DNA of 64,000 bases from Cercozoa sp. M6MM (lineage: Eukaryota > Protista > Endomyxa: Ascetosporea), in the NCBI GenBank assembly GCA_040357565.1, contig JBDODJ010000059.1, one strand, 5' to 3'. The notes under the pieces are model-generated. The model was given only the letters and a program-made list of their open reading frames with translations. It made no database searches and was not told the origin of the DNA. The translations under genes and the position numbers were made by a program. This document shows positions 62,112 through 64,000 of this stretch, in pieces; positions within the stretch are counted from its first letter, which is position 1; every line of letters starts with the position of its first letter.

Positions 62112-64000
62112 GAGAGAGGTGCCTTCCTGTAGCCGAAGCAGAGGAACTCCGTCAGGAGATTGGCCGTCTGAAGAATAAATGTGCCACCACGGTACCTTGA
62201 CCTTGTATGTTCCTTTCACTCTCTTATAAATTTACCGACGATACGTGACACAGGCCGGTGCATCAGAAGAACAGACCGCCGAAATCGAGCGTCTGCAACA
62301 GCAGCTGACTGAGCTGCAGACAACTCTGGAAAAGGCTCAAACCAACCAACACCAAGGTACCTATACAAACGACCGTCAAAAAAATATATTTGTGTGTGCA
62401 GCCGTTGAAGCACTCCAAACGAGACTTGAAGGATGTGAGAATGAACTGCGAGCAGCCCGAGAACGAGAGACTCAACTGCAACAGCAACTGGGTAACCCTT
62501 ACGCTTCAATTGTTTGGGACTGTAGTCGCTATAACTTATATACTGATGTGTGCCTCTATTGACAGAAACTGCCACTCGACGACCCACTCAACATGCGGTT
62601 GCGACACAGACTGAAGGCAGTACTATGTCCTTTTATGCTCCATATTTTGGAGGCGCAAAGACTCCGTCTACTTGAGCAGCCTTGGAAATCGACGAGATCA
62701 AGGCCGAACTACAGCGCAGTCAAACCACTGTCCAGCAACTCGGTCAGTTCAATCCTGTTGAAGAGGGTGCTTGTTGATCTAGATTCCTATGCAGAGACCG
62801 AACTGCAGGAGACTCGTGCTACACTGCAAAGTTAGTTGAGTGTCTCCTGTACTACCTGCATGAGTAGTTGTTTGCACTGTAAACAGAGCACGAAGCTGCC
62901 GCAATGGAGCGTGCCGAAGAGAGCGCTACCTTGCAGAAACGTAGTACTTTTCTTCTTTGGTGATTGGTGTCACGAGTGTCCCACATGTGCAGATGTGGAA
63001 GTACTTGAGGAGACACTCGCTGCTGTTGTACCCTCGTTTGTCAGTTCTGTCCTGTTTCAAAACTGTGTTATGTAACTCAAACAGCGCCAGAATGAGGCTA
63101 CGCTCGAAGAGCAGCTGCGTGATTGCGAGGGTTTCAATAACTTGATATATATGTATATATATTGCCTCGAGTATATTGAGTTGTTTCACTAGCGGACCTG
63201 GAGACCCAGCGAGGCACGGTTACTCAGATGAAAGAACAGTGCGCCACCACGGTACTGTCCTACGCACTGGCGTCCCGTCTAACCTTTCTGTATGCAGAAG
63301 TTGTATGTGCGTACAGGCCGGTGCCTCGGCCGAACTCGAACGCACACTGGCTTCCCAGACTGAAGGTACGAGCTGCCACTTTGTGTGTATGCAGCCAAGT
63401 GAGTCACAATCCGACTGGGCAGAGATCGAGCGCCTGCGAGCAGAGCTGGCCGCTCACGCTGGAGGCACTGCTCAGCAACAAGAGGGTACACAGTATTAAA
63501 TAAATACTACTGATACAAATATAGTCCCTGAACGCGTGTGCAGTCATTCAGCGACTCGAAATGACTCTCCTAGAGTGTAAAGACAAAGCAGAGCACAGCA
63601 TTCGAATGCAACAACTCTTGGGTAGCTTACACACTCATGCATATGGTTCACCAGATCTGATTTGGCTTTAAACATAAATTCGGTGTTCAAACACAGAGGA
63701 CGACCGTGAGAAGCTTCATGCGGAACTGCTTGGTACAGTGCCCTATCGCCATTGTTGCTGTATTACTGTGTCAACACAGAGTCTACGAGAGAGCTCGACC
63801 TGTGTCGAAACGAACTGGCGACCCACAAGGCAGGTATCAACACCTTTATTTCGCTCTCGACCTGTTGGAGTGAAACATGCAACACTTACGCACACAGTCT
63901 ATGAGGATGCAATCCGAGGGCACGAAGGCACCTGCACTGCCCAGCAAGAGCGTAACACCCTCCGATTCTTCGTGCTGGTGAATTTTTGTAAGTTTAAGCG
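55786..64000 (+). CDS. Giant secreted Cys-containing coiled-coil protein, dozens of short exons; runs off the window end
   Basis: Signal peptide MRAILSLVVLLLTLVQTASA. Spliced exons give heptad-like E/Q/L/K sequence (ENANLKSELQQLQRSLSAFEEC..., ELTQLQGKLVDLQRSLTEQTACQTELDTLKA). Exons are as short as 19 nt. Confidence 0.85.

Overview
Gene-dense, extremely intron-rich eukaryotic genomic DNA, probably from a protist. It uses the standard genetic code and GT-AG introns of mostly 45-85 nt, and has two N-gaps. Most ORFs in the six-frame track are antisense or repeat-derived, so I rebuilt genes by manual splicing. Recognisable genes are a CPA1/NHE Na+/H+ exchanger, a RING-variant (MARCH-like) membrane E3 ligase, a large F-box-like protein, a bacterial-type ChaN haem-binding protein, a ZnT5/Msc2-like CDF zinc transporter, MYG1, a BT1 folate/biopterin transporter, an ERMP1-like M28 metallopeptidase, a NIPA Mg2+ transporter, a large ankyrin-repeat protein, calcineurin A and RRS1. 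The window ends inside a giant secreted, Cys-dotted coiled-coil gene built from short exons. Highlights: (1) the NHE exons are out of order and split across both strands at G/C runs, which is either misassembly or true scrambling; (2) the ChaN gene is intronised and flanked by MULE-type MITE sequence; (3) many introns are inflated by their own simple or G4-like repeats, and one paralogous intron pair shows the before and after states; (4) a dispersed short repeat family. All family calls come from motif recognition by eye; no database searches were run.
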